Part shown: positions 24,027 through 32,025 of the stretch, in pieces
Numbering within the stretch: position 1 is the stretch's first letter
How the letters are laid out: every line of letters starts with the position of its first letter
Assembly: GCA_964598405.1 (NCBI GenBank)
Contig: CAZRBS010000002.1
Location: 1-45,385, forward strand
Reading direction: 5' to 3'
Length of the DNA: 45,385 bases
From: an uncultured Dehalococcoidaceae bacterium
GTDB lineage: Bacteria; Chloroflexota; Dehalococcoidia; Dehalococcoidales; RBG-16-60-22
The notes under the pieces: model-generated
Told to the model about the DNA's origin: nothing
Seen by the model: only the letters and a program-made list of their open reading frames with translations
Databases searched by the model: none
Position numbers and translations under genes: made by a program

Positions 24027-26048
24027 ATGCTTTTGAAAGTGAAGGATGAGGACAGAGTGAAAGAGAAAGAGCAGCCTTTTGATGAATTAGAGGAGCTATA
24101 CCAGCAGGGGGCTGCGCTTGAGGAAACGGCAAATGAATGCCGGAAAGCGGCAAAGGGACTGGAGTGGTCGAAAGAACAGCTTCAGGACCTGATAGAGACG
24201 GCGCCGGTCATCATCTGCCGCTCTGACCTCAAGACCAGAATTACTTACGTTAACCGGAAATTCGAGGAAGTCACCGCTTATTCGCGTGAGGAGGTGCTTG
24301 GCAAGCCCTGGTTCAAGCTCGGCGCTTTCTCGGTGGAGAACGTGAAGTTCTTAATGAGTCGGATGCTGGAAAAACTGAAGGGGGGTCCTCCCCGCCCTGT
24401 GGAATTACAGTTCAAGCGTAAAGACGGGGAGTGGATATGGGTCTGGGGTATAGGTGAGGTTATCAGGAAGCGGGGCAAACCGGTCGGGTTTCAGGTGATT
24501 GCTCAAGATGTCACCGAGCGCAGGCAGGTGGATGCTGCCATAGAAAGAGCGGCGCGGGAGTGGCGCACGACTTTTGATGCCATTTCGGACTGGGTTTCCA
24601 TTCATGACAGAAATTATGAGATTACCAGGGTGAACAAGGCTTTTGCCAAAGCTTATGGGATGAAACCGCAGGAACTTATCGGCAAGAACTGCTACGAGGT
24701 TGTGCATGGAAGAAGCACCCCCCTCCCCGGTTGCCCGCACCGGCAGGCGCTGGAGAGCGGCAAACCCTGTACGGCGGAGTTTTTTGAACCTCATTTGAGG
24801 GCTTACCTTGAAATTTCTGCCTCGCCCATATTCAATAACGGCGATGTTGCCCGTACTGTCCATATCGCCAAAGATGTAACCGAACGCAAGCAGGCTGAGG
24901 AGGAACTGCGGCAGAGCGAGGAGAAATTCAGTTCGCTGTACTTTTCGATGAGTGAAGGGGTCGCCCTTTATGAACTCATCTATGACAGGTCCGGTAAAGC
25001 CGTGGACTACCGGGTTACGGACGTAAATCCGGCTTATGAAGAAATGCTCGGGCTGAAGAAGGAAAAGGCCGTGGGGAGCAGGGCGTCCGAGCTCTACGGG
25101 CCCGGTCAGCCGCCTCACCTTGCTCTCTATGCAGAGGTTGCTGCTTCGGGAAAGCCCGCCTCATTTGAGACCTATTTCCCGCCCGTGAAGAAACACTTCA
25201 GTGTCTCCGTATTTTCACCCGGTAAAGGGAAGTTCGCCACGGTATTCACTGACATCACTGACCGCCGGAAATGGCAGGAGCAACTCATGGTTACCGACCG
25301 GCTGGCTTCGATTGGCGAACTGGCATCTGGCATCGCCCATGAGCTCAACAACCCGCTGACCAGTATCATTGGTTTCTCCGAACTGCTGTTCAATAAAACT
25401 GACCTTCCCGATGATATCAGGGAAGACCTGGCGGTTATCAATAAGGAAGCCCAGCGTACTTCCGGGATAGTCAAAAACCTGCTTGCCTTTGCCCGGAAGC
25501 ACAGGCCGGAGAAGAAGAGGGTGGATGTGAATGAGGTAATACAAGCGGTGCTGGAGCTGCGTGCCTATGAGCACAGGCTGAACAGGGTCAGGGTTAATAC
25601 GTATTTTGAGCGTGACCTGCCGGGGATTACCGCCGACGGTTTTCAGCTGCAGCAGGTGTTCCTGAACATAATAATAAATGCGGAGCACTTTATGCTTGAG
25701 GCACATGGAGGAGGCACCCTTGCCATCATCACGGAGCGAGCGGGTGATTTTATCCGGGTTTCCTTTGCCGATGATGGCCCCGGAATTTCCCCCGATAATC
25801 TGGGTCATCTGTTTGACCCATTTTTTACCACCAAGGAAGTGGGCAAGGGAACCGGCCTCGGCCTGAGTATCTGCCACGGGATAATCAACGAGCATGGCGG
25901 CAAGATATACGCTGAAAGCGAACCGGGCAGGGGTGCCACTTTTTTCGTAGAGTTGCCCATTAATAAAGAGAAGGAGGAGCAAGATGGAAGGCTTCAGCAC
26001 TGGATCGAGGAAAATCCTGGTGGTCGAAGACGAGCCCGCAATAGCTGA
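24027..26048 (+). CDS. Soluble sensor histidine kinase with three PAS domains (PAS-PAS-PAS-HisKA-HATPase_c)
   Basis: No TM segments are present. There are three PAS-like blocks, each followed by DVTERxQ/DITDRR linkers. The H-box is IAHELNNPLTSIIGFSELL. The N, G1 and G2 boxes are NAEHF, DDGPGI and GKGTGLGLSI. Its 3' end overlaps the next gene by 65 nt. Confidence 0.9.
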   Translation: MLLKVKDEDRVKEKEQPFDELEELYQQGAALEETANECRKAAKGLEWSKEQLQDLIETAPVIICRSDLKTRITYVNRKFEEVTAYSREEVLGKPWFKLGAFSVENVKFLMSRMLEKLKGGPPRPVELQFKRKDGEWIWVWGIGEVIRKRGKPVGFQVIAQDVTERRQVDAAIERAAREWRTTFDAISDWVSIHDRNYEITRVNKAFAKAYGMKPQELIGKNCYEVVHGRSTPLPGCPHRQALESGKPCTAEFFEPHLRAYLEISASPIFNNGDVARTVHIAKDVTERKQAEEELRQSEEKFSSLYFSMSEGVALYELIYDRSGKAVDYRVTDVNPAYEEMLGLKKEKAVGSRASELYGPGQPPHLALYAEVAASGKPASFETYFPPVKKHFSVSVFSPGKGKFATVFTDITDRRKWQEQLMVTDRLASIGELASGIAHELNNPLTSIIGFSELLFNKTDLPDDIREDLAVINKEAQRTSGIVKNLLAFARKHRPEKKRVDVNEVIQAVLELRAYEHRLNRVRVNTYFERDLPGITADGFQLQQVFLNIIINAEHFMLEAHGGGTLAIITERAGDFIRVSFADDGPGISPDNLGHLFDPFFTTKEVGKGTGLGLSICHGIINEHGGKIYAESEPGRGATFFVELPINKEKEEQDGRLQHWIEENPGGRRRARNS

Positions 26049-26388
26049 AGTCTGCCGCAGGGTCCTCACTGAAGAAGGATATGAGACGGACGTTGCCGTT
26101 AACGGACGGGTAGCTCAGGATATGCTGGAAGCCAGGGAGTACGACCTCTGCCTGATTGATATCAGGACGCCGGCGATGAATGGGGAAGAACTCTTTCAGT
26201 GGCTGAAGGAGAAGCACCCCCGCATTGCAAAAAGAGTGATATTCACCACCGGAGACGTGATGGCCGGGGGTACCAGGGGTTTTTTGCAGCAAACGGCAAG
26301 ACCGTTTCTGCCCAAGCCTTTTACTCCCGCTGAGATAAGGACTATAATAAAGAAGACGTTAGGGGAACTGGCAGATGACAGGAGATAA
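25984..26388 (+). CDS. Stand-alone response-regulator receiver (CheY-like), RR1
   Basis: KILVVEDEP...LCLIDIRTPAMNG...TTGD...LPKPF contains all receiver active-site residues. A strong SD AAGGAGGAG precedes the ATG. Confidence 0.9.
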   Translation: MEGFSTGSRKILVVEDEPAIAEVCRRVLTEEGYETDVAVNGRVAQDMLEAREYDLCLIDIRTPAMNGEELFQWLKEKHPRIAKRVIFTTGDVMAGGTRGFLQQTARPFLPKPFTPAEIRTIIKKTLGELADDRR

Positions 26389-27010
26389 GATAAGAATTCT
26401 GGTTGCCGATGACGAAGAATCGGTACGAAACCTTCTCCGGCGGATTCTGGAAGAAGCTGGCTACAGCGTAGTTACGGCGGCTGATGGTGAAGAAGCCCTG
26501 TATGAAGCCTCCCAGCATGAGCTGGCGGCGGTACTCCTGGATATCAAAATGCCGAGGATGTCCGGAATGGAAGCGCTGGGCAAGCTGACTGATGACTGGC
26601 CTGACGTCTGTGTAGTCATGATAACGGCTGTCGTCGATGCGCAGACCGCTATCGAGGCTATGAAGCTGGGAGCCGACGATTACATCATGAAGCCTTTTAA
26701 CCAGGATGAGCTGCTGCTGAAGGTAAGGGAAGCCATTGAGAGAAGGCAGCTCCAGACGAAGAATAAACGCCTGATGCTGGAAATGCAGCGCAACTTTAAA
26801 GACCAGTCGGAACGGATGCAGTCCCAGTTTAACGAACTGGTAAGCAGCCTCGCCCGGGAGCACCGGCTGTTGCAGGAGCTGGCGAAGAGGGACCCGGCGA
26901 GCGGTAAGGTATTGCTCTCGAAGCTTCCCCCGGAACTACGGGAACCGATGACCTCCTTCGAAGAATTCAGGGAAGCCCTGCTCGGAATCCTGCGGGGCGG
27001 GGTAAAATAG
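26375..27010 (+). CDS. Response regulator: receiver + ~90-aa coiled-coil/unknown C-terminal region, RR2
   Basis: RILVADDEE...VLLDIKMPRMSG...ITAV...IMKPF is an intact receiver. I recognise no output domain in the C-terminal QLQTKNKRLMLEMQRNFKDQSERMQSQFNELV... region. It overlaps RR1 by 14 nt. Confidence 0.85.
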   Translation: MTGDKIRILVADDEESVRNLLRRILEEAGYSVVTAADGEEALYEASQHELAAVLLDIKMPRMSGMEALGKLTDDWPDVCVVMITAVVDAQTAIEAMKLGADDYIMKPFNQDELLLKVREAIERRQLQTKNKRLMLEMQRNFKDQSERMQSQFNELVSSLAREHRLLQELAKRDPASGKVLLSKLPPELREPMTSFEEFREALLGILRGGVK

Positions 27011-27086
27011 GCGCACCGGAACCTGTGCCGGTGAAGACCGCGGTTCAGGGAGAAAGGCGGAACGGGCTGGTTACAGAGGTAACTCG

Positions 27087-27782
27087 GTGACGAAGAAGCG
27101 CATCCTCGTCGTGGATGACGAGCTGAGCATAATAAAGTTCCTGCGCGCCAACCTGGAAGCCAGGGGATACGGCGTGCTGACGGTAATGGACGGCAATGAA
27201 GCCCTGCAGACCTTTGAACTGGAGCTGCCCGACCTGGTGGTTCTGGATATAATGATGCCCGGAATGGACGGCTTTGAGGTCTGCCGCCGGGTTCGCGAGT
27301 GGTCGCAAGTCCCGATTATCATGCTCAGTGCCCGGGGAGATGAAAGGGATAAAGTAAAGTGCCTCGACCTCGGCGCTGATGACTACATCACCAAACCCTT
27401 TGGAGCCGATGAGCTGGCTGCCCGGGTAGGTGCGGTGCTCCGCCGTACCGAGCTCACAACTGCCGGGCCCGTTCAGCCTGCTTTCGCCAGCGGTGACCTC
27501 CAGATTAATTTTGCACGGAGACGGGTGACCGTGGCTGGTAAAGAGGTCAGATTAACGCCGACCGAGTACTCCCTTTTGCAGGAACTTGCCCTGAATGCCG
27601 GGAAAGTTCTCACTCACAGCCATCTTTTGAGCAGGGTCTGGGGCGCCGAGTATCGTGAGGATAAAGAGTACCTCCATGTTTTTGTCCGCCGCCTGAGGGG
27701 CAAAATCGAGCCTGACCATGCGAACCCGAAATACATCCACACCGTTTCCGGAGTTGGCTACCAGTTCCGGGGCCCGGACTAA
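27087..27782 (+). CDS. OmpR/PhoB-family DNA-binding response regulator, RR3
   Basis: The receiver (ILVVDDE...VVLDIMMPGMDG...ITKPF) is followed by a winged-helix Trans_reg_C domain (LTPTEYSLLQELALNAGKVLTHSHLLSRVWG...YLHVFVRRLRGKIE...IHTVSGVGYQF). The start is GTG with the SD AGAGGT. Confidence 0.9.
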   Translation: MTKKRILVVDDELSIIKFLRANLEARGYGVLTVMDGNEALQTFELELPDLVVLDIMMPGMDGFEVCRRVREWSQVPIIMLSARGDERDKVKCLDLGADDYITKPFGADELAARVGAVLRRTELTTAGPVQPAFASGDLQINFARRRVTVAGKEVRLTPTEYSLLQELALNAGKVLTHSHLLSRVWGAEYREDKEYLHVFVRRLRGKIEPDHANPKYIHTVSGVGYQFRGPD

Positions 27783-27813
27783 GAGAAAGATTTAACCACA
27801 AGCATGGCCGGAG

Positions 27814-27840
27814 AGGCGCCTTCTGGGCGCCTTTTTTGTT
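27814..27840 (+). terminator. Rho-independent terminator after RR3
   Basis: AGGCGCC (27814-27820) pairs with GGCGCCT (27826-27832) around a 5-nt loop, followed by TTTTTTGTT. Confidence 0.7.
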
Positions 27841-27846
27841 TGCCCG

Positions 27847-27890
27847 GAAAACGTTTAGAAAATGTTCAGAAATTTGCCGTAAATTTTTAG
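27847..27890 (+). repeat. Four tandem 11-bp phased units (GAAAACGTTTA / GAAAATGTTCA / GAAATTTGCCG / TAAATTTTTAG); candidate response-regulator binding array or curved DNA
   Basis: Read directly from the sequence. Units 1 and 2 match 9/11. All four units share AAA at positions 2-4 with strict 11-bp phasing. The array lies 59-102 nt upstream of the 27949 ATG. Confidence 0.4.
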
Positions 27891-27948
27891 CTCCTGTTTC
27901 GCGTCCCGGTTATATCCTGAAACCAGAAAAGTAAAGGAGGTAACCGGG

Positions 27949-28485
27949 ATGAACAACAGACTGAGAAACAGATGGATTAAGAGGCTTTTCCCCTTCTTCG
28001 CCCTGCTACTTCTTCTCCCCTGGCCGGTAGCCTACGCCTTTGACGTTAATGATGCTACCGCCGCCCAGGATACGGTTCGGATAGAGGTTCCTGAAGAATC
28101 CCTGAAGCCGGCCTGGACCGCCTTCGGGAGAGCCATCGGCGGTGTGACCACTCCTGGCGACCTGTTCTACATTGACGCTACCGGCAATACTGCCGACATC
28201 ATGGTCACCCTCCATCTCACCAACGCCCGGGAGCTTATCAAGTCCTACCGCTATATGGCTCTCAACGTGGGCGTCTACGTTGAACGTGACGGTGAATGGG
28301 AGGTGGCGGCTGGCAGTGACGGCGAGCTGATTGCGGATAGCTTTATCACCATGCGTAACGGTCAGGTGACGTTCCTTCTCCCCGGCTACGCCAGCTACAA
28401 GCTCACCATTGATGACGGCGTTTTCTACTGCACCAATGCCGGCACTGACGGGCTTTCCCCGGACTTCTATCTGGAAGTGGATTAA
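27949..28485 (+). CDS. Secreted hypothetical protein (Sec signal peptide, predicted beta-rich); no family recognised
   Basis: The SD AAAGGAGG lies 8 nt upstream. The signal peptide has the n-region MNNRLRNRWIKR, the h-region LFPFFALLLLLPWPV and the cleavage motif AYA/F. The mature part (~148 aa) shows alternating hydrophobic patterns (IMVTLHLT, ALNVGVYVE, VTFLLPGYASYKLTI). Confidence 0.7.
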   Translation: MNNRLRNRWIKRLFPFFALLLLLPWPVAYAFDVNDATAAQDTVRIEVPEESLKPAWTAFGRAIGGVTTPGDLFYIDATGNTADIMVTLHLTNARELIKSYRYMALNVGVYVERDGEWEVAAGSDGELIADSFITMRNGQVTFLLPGYASYKLTIDDGVFYCTNAGTDGLSPDFYLEVD

Positions 28486-28516
28486 GCCCGGAGACCGGAT
28501 TATGAACAGGAGGTAA

Positions 28517-28786
28517 ATGAAAATGACAGCAGGCTGGAATACCGATGCGGTATCTTTCCGGGAACACAGTGAGGATATGCGGAAGTTTCGCGGGGCTCAT
28601 ACCGATATTGCCATGGTCAATGCCCGGAGGCACGGTCAGTCCGCCGTTCTGGAGAAAACCCGTCCCGTGCGGCCCGGCCGCATTATGAGGCAAACGGGAG
28701 GCTCGAAATCCTCTGCTGGCGTGGCAGACTGGCTGGCGCTTGTTCCTGTACCCGGGGTGGCACAATATAAGCTGGTGCCAAACTAG
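28517..28786 (+). CDS. Small basic hypothetical protein (89 aa)
   Basis: A perfect SD AGGAGG (28508-28513) precedes ATG 28517/28523. Codon usage looks like that of the neighbouring genes. I recognise no family, and coding status rests on the SD and context only. Confidence 0.45.
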   Translation: MKMTAGWNTDAVSFREHSEDMRKFRGAHTDIAMVNARRHGQSAVLEKTRPVRPGRIMRQTGGSKSSAGVADWLALVPVPGVAQYKLVPN

Positions 28787-28833
28787 AAAGAGCGCGCCCT
28801 ATGAGATTATTGACGGTGGGACGGTGAATTGAG

Positions 28834-29235
28834 ATGGATAAACGTCCGTTGATAATGGCGGTGGATGATGAGGCGGGAATACGGCGGCTGGTGAAGCGTA
28901 TTCTTGAGGAAGAAGGGTATAGCGTCGTTCTGGCTGCCGATGGCGAGTCAGCGCTGGCGCTGCTGGAGGGAAATAGACCGGACCTGGTTCTCCTGGATAT
29001 CATGATGCCCCGGCTCGACGGCTTTCAGGTTCTTGAGCTGATACGACGGCGTTATGATATTCCGGTAATCATGCTTACGGGGAAGGGCGAAGCGGCTACG
29101 GTGCGCGATGCCCTGGTTCTCGGTGCGGACGACTACGTGAGGAAGCCTTTTTATGCCCGGGAGCTTCTCGCCCGTGTCAAGGCGAAGTTAAGACGCGCCG
29201 GGAAGGGGCAGCTATGCGCCGGGAGAAGTAATTAG
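28834..29235 (+). CDS. Stand-alone response-regulator receiver (OmpR-family-like receiver that ends at the linker), RR4
   Basis: MAVDDEAGIRRL...LVLLDIMMPRLDGFQVL...VIMLTGKG...GADDYVRKPF..ELLARVKAKLRR closely parallels the RR3 receiver. It stops 12 aa after the alpha5 helix, and no winged helix follows. Confidence 0.9.
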   Translation: MDKRPLIMAVDDEAGIRRLVKRILEEEGYSVVLAADGESALALLEGNRPDLVLLDIMMPRLDGFQVLELIRRRYDIPVIMLTGKGEAATVRDALVLGADDYVRKPFYARELLARVKAKLRRAGKGQLCAGRSN

Positions 29236-29329
29236 ATGGCTGAAGACAAACAGCGTCAGAGCGACTGAAGGTAAATTGCTCTCTGCCTTATCAAGTTTTT
29301 AAAAGTGTTTCGCCGTCAGTAACCTGAAC

Positions 29330-29404
29330 TTAACTCCTCCGCTTGACCAGGAAAAATAATACGATGAGAATGACGATAGCAGCTATGCCGATCCAAGTCC
29401 ACAT
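29330..29404 (-). CDS. Candidate 24-aa single-TM hydrophobic peptide (MWTWIGIAAIVILIVLFFLVKRRS)
   Basis: Found by hand; it is below the track's size cut-off. The ATG at 29404 is preceded by GAGGAG (29412-29417 on the complement) at 7-nt spacing. A perfect TATAAT (complement of 29452-29457) lies ~45 nt upstream. Confidence 0.45.
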   Translation of the reverse strand: MWTWIGIAAIVILIVLFFLVKRRS

Positions 29405-29534
29405 TTTCAGTCTCCTCTCGGCTTTTAATGATAGGACAATTTGGCTACTTAATTATAGAACAAAGCAGTAGAAGACAACAAGGGATAAACGGCTTTCCTT
29501 CTGAGCGCATAATACCTGTCTTGAAAAGTATCTC

Positions 29535-30803
29535 CTACGTTGGCCTGAGGAGTTTTATCAGTTCAAAAAGGGCGTAATAGGGCGCCCTTCTCTTCATCTG
29601 GTAGAGCCTGCCCGAGTACCTCTGCACCGTGTGCTGCTGCATCCGCTCACTTTCAATGGCAATGAACACCGTGCCCGGCATCATGCCACTGGCGGTATCA
29701 GCATGACCTTCTCCCTCTATGCCGATACCGATGCTGGCTCCCATTTTTTGCCGCGCCAGTTTTGCCATTGCCGTTGCCGTCTCGGGGCGGGCTTTGCCGG
29801 AAGCCAGGTGAGGCTCGAGCCCGAGGGCAGCTTTGGCTTCATCGGAAGCGGCGATTATCCCGCCCCTGAAGCAGTCCTGCCCTTCAGGGGCATTTGCCAG
29901 GGTCTGGGTCAGGAAGCCGCCGGTAAAGGATTCCGCAACCGCCAGGGTCAGACCTCTGGTGGTGAGCAATCGCCCGACGACGCTTTCCTGGGTGTCATCG
30001 TCAACTCCCCAGATGGAGTCGCCCAGGATTTTCCTGACATCGGCTTCCCGCCTTTCAATCATTTCCGCCGCGTCTTTCTGCCGGGCTGCTTTGGCCGTAA
30101 TGCGCAGATAGATGCCGTCCAGCTTGGCGTAGACGCCCAGGGTGGGATTGGGCGACGACATCAGATGGGCTATCAGTTCATCCACCCTGGCTTCGGATAG
30201 ACCGAAGGTCTTGAGCATCCGTGATGAGATAATCGCTCCGGTTCTGTCCTGTAGCCGGGGCAAGACCTGGTTACGCCACATGAACTGCATCTCGCCGGGA
30301 GGGCCGGGCATGGCCACCAGTATCCGCCCTTCTTTTTCCACCCACCAGCCGGGTGCGGTGCCCTGGGGATTTGGTATTGCCGTTGCGGAAGGGATGAGGG
30401 TGGCCTGTCTGACGTTGTTTGCTGACATCTCCAGGCCGCGCCGGGCAAAAAAGAGGGCGATATCCTCTTTCAGGCTCCGGTCTACGGCGAGTTCCTCGCC
30501 CAGCAGTGCTGCTATGGCCTCCCGGGTAATATCATCCTGTGTTGGCCCGAGGCCTCCGGTGGTGAGGATAAGCGCTGACCTCTGCCATGCCTGTTGCAAA
30601 GCCCCGAGCAGCCTTTCCGGGTTGTCGCCAACTGCGGAGGTAAAATAGAGGTCAATCCCCAGCGCGGGTAACTGGTTGGCCAGGAACTGGGTATTGGTGT
30701 CAACTATTTCACCGAGCAGCAGTTCGGTGCCGATGGAAATGATTTCCGCTTTCAATTCGCTGTCCCGATAACTCCTCTGGTTGCTGTGCCGGCTCAAATG
30801 CAA
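29535..30803 (-). CDS. cinA: CinA-family protein (MoCF-biosynthesis-like N-domain + nicotinamide-nucleotide amidohydrolase PncC-like C-domain)
   Basis: KAEIISIGTELLLGEIVDTNTQFLANQL... is the classic CinA N-terminus. The C-terminal domain is CinA/PncC (LAVAESFTGG). The true start is probably the TTG at 30755 (LKAEII...) rather than the TTG at 30803 in the track. Confidence 0.9.
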   Translation of the reverse strand: MHLSRHSNQRSYRDSELKAEIISIGTELLLGEIVDTNTQFLANQLPALGIDLYFTSAVGDNPERLLGALQQAWQRSALILTTGGLGPTQDDITREAIAALLGEELAVDRSLKEDIALFFARRGLEMSANNVRQATLIPSATAIPNPQGTAPGWWVEKEGRILVAMPGPPGEMQFMWRNQVLPRLQDRTGAIISSRMLKTFGLSEARVDELIAHLMSSPNPTLGVYAKLDGIYLRITAKAARQKDAAEMIERREADVRKILGDSIWGVDDDTQESVVGRLLTTRGLTLAVAESFTGGFLTQTLANAPEGQDCFRGGIIAASDEAKAALGLEPHLASGKARPETATAMAKLARQKMGASIGIGIEGEGHADTASGMMPGTVFIAIESERMQQHTVQRYSGRLYQMKRRAPYYALFELIKLLRPT

Positions 30804-30938
30804 TTATACTAACAACGCTCCCCTGACCGCAACAAACCTTCGGTGAGTAACTCGCCGGCCGGAAACCTCTTCCGGTTGACAGTGACGGTCATCCGGGAAT
30901 ATATTTCATGGGTGTGACTTCTAATTCCGCCGTTTTGC

Positions 30939-31970
30939 GTGAGGTGTAATTTGGACCCTTTGCCTGTCGGTAAACTGCCGGGCCCGTTGCTGAAAAAGCT
31001 GCTGGGAAAAATTGGGACGGAAGACGAGCAGGTAGTCCTCGGCCCTTCGATTGGTGAGGATGTTGCCGTAATCAGGATTGGCGGCAAGTTGCTGGTGGCC
31101 AAAACTGACCCCATCACTTTTGCCAGCGAGCTTATCGGCTGGTATGCGGTCAACATTAACGCCAACGATATTGCCACCATGGGGGTAAAACCCCGCTGGT
31201 TTCTGGCAACCGTCCTTTTGCCCGAACAGTGCAGCGATAAAGAAGCGGAGGGGGTTTTTGACCAGATCCTTGCGGCGTGTGATTCCCTGGGAATCACGCT
31301 TGTGGGCGGGCATACCGAGATAACCCACGGTTTCAGGCGTCCGGTTATCGTTGGCTGTATGCTGGCTGAGGCTGAAGACCGTCCCATCGTAACCACCGCC
31401 GGGGCAAAACCGGGTGACGACATCATTATTACCAAGGGGATTGCCATAGAAGGGACGGCCTTAATAGCGCGGGAGGCGGGGCGGCGCCTGCTTTCCCCTT
31501 CGCTGGGCGAAGATTTAGTCCAGCGGGCGACCGATTATCTTTTTTCTCCCGGCATCAGCGTGCTGAAAGAGGCGCTGGTTGCCTGCAAGACGGCGAAGGT
31601 GAATTCGATGCATGACCCTACGGAGGGCGGTCTGTCTACCGGACTCCGGGAGATAGCTCAGGCAGCCCGGGTTGGGGTTTACCTGGAGGAGAATAAAATT
31701 CCCGTTCTTGCCGAGTGCCGGGCTATCTGCGATGAACTCGGGCTCGACCCTCTCGGGCTGCTGGCTTCCGGCGCCCTGATTATTACGTTGCCTCCTTCTG
31801 AGACGGCCGGGCTCCTGGAGGCACTGAGTAAAGTTGACATAAAAGCCGGCGTCATCGGGAAGATTACGGAACCCGGGGAAGGGCTGAAAATGCGCACCGG
31901 GCGAAGGACGCAGGAATTGCCACAGTTCGAGCGGGACGAGCTTGCCCGATTTCTGGATAGTCTGGAATAA
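30939..31970 (+). CDS. AIR-synthase-related (PurM/ThiL/HypE-fold) protein
   Basis: GEDVAVI...AKTDPITF...GWYAVNINANDIATMGVKPRWF...LVGGHTE is a PurM-like N/C domain signature. It lacks the HypE C-terminal PRIC motif, so it is not called HypE. Confidence 0.75.
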   Translation: MRCNLDPLPVGKLPGPLLKKLLGKIGTEDEQVVLGPSIGEDVAVIRIGGKLLVAKTDPITFASELIGWYAVNINANDIATMGVKPRWFLATVLLPEQCSDKEAEGVFDQILAACDSLGITLVGGHTEITHGFRRPVIVGCMLAEAEDRPIVTTAGAKPGDDIIITKGIAIEGTALIAREAGRRLLSPSLGEDLVQRATDYLFSPGISVLKEALVACKTAKVNSMHDPTEGGLSTGLREIAQAARVGVYLEENKIPVLAECRAICDELGLDPLGLLASGALIITLPPSETAGLLEALSKVDIKAGVIGKITEPGEGLKMRTGRRTQELPQFERDELARFLDSLE

Positions 31971-32025
31971 GGTGCGGGAGGCTTCGCATCACGCGTTCTC
32001 TCTTGATGTAGAAGCCCCTTGTATA

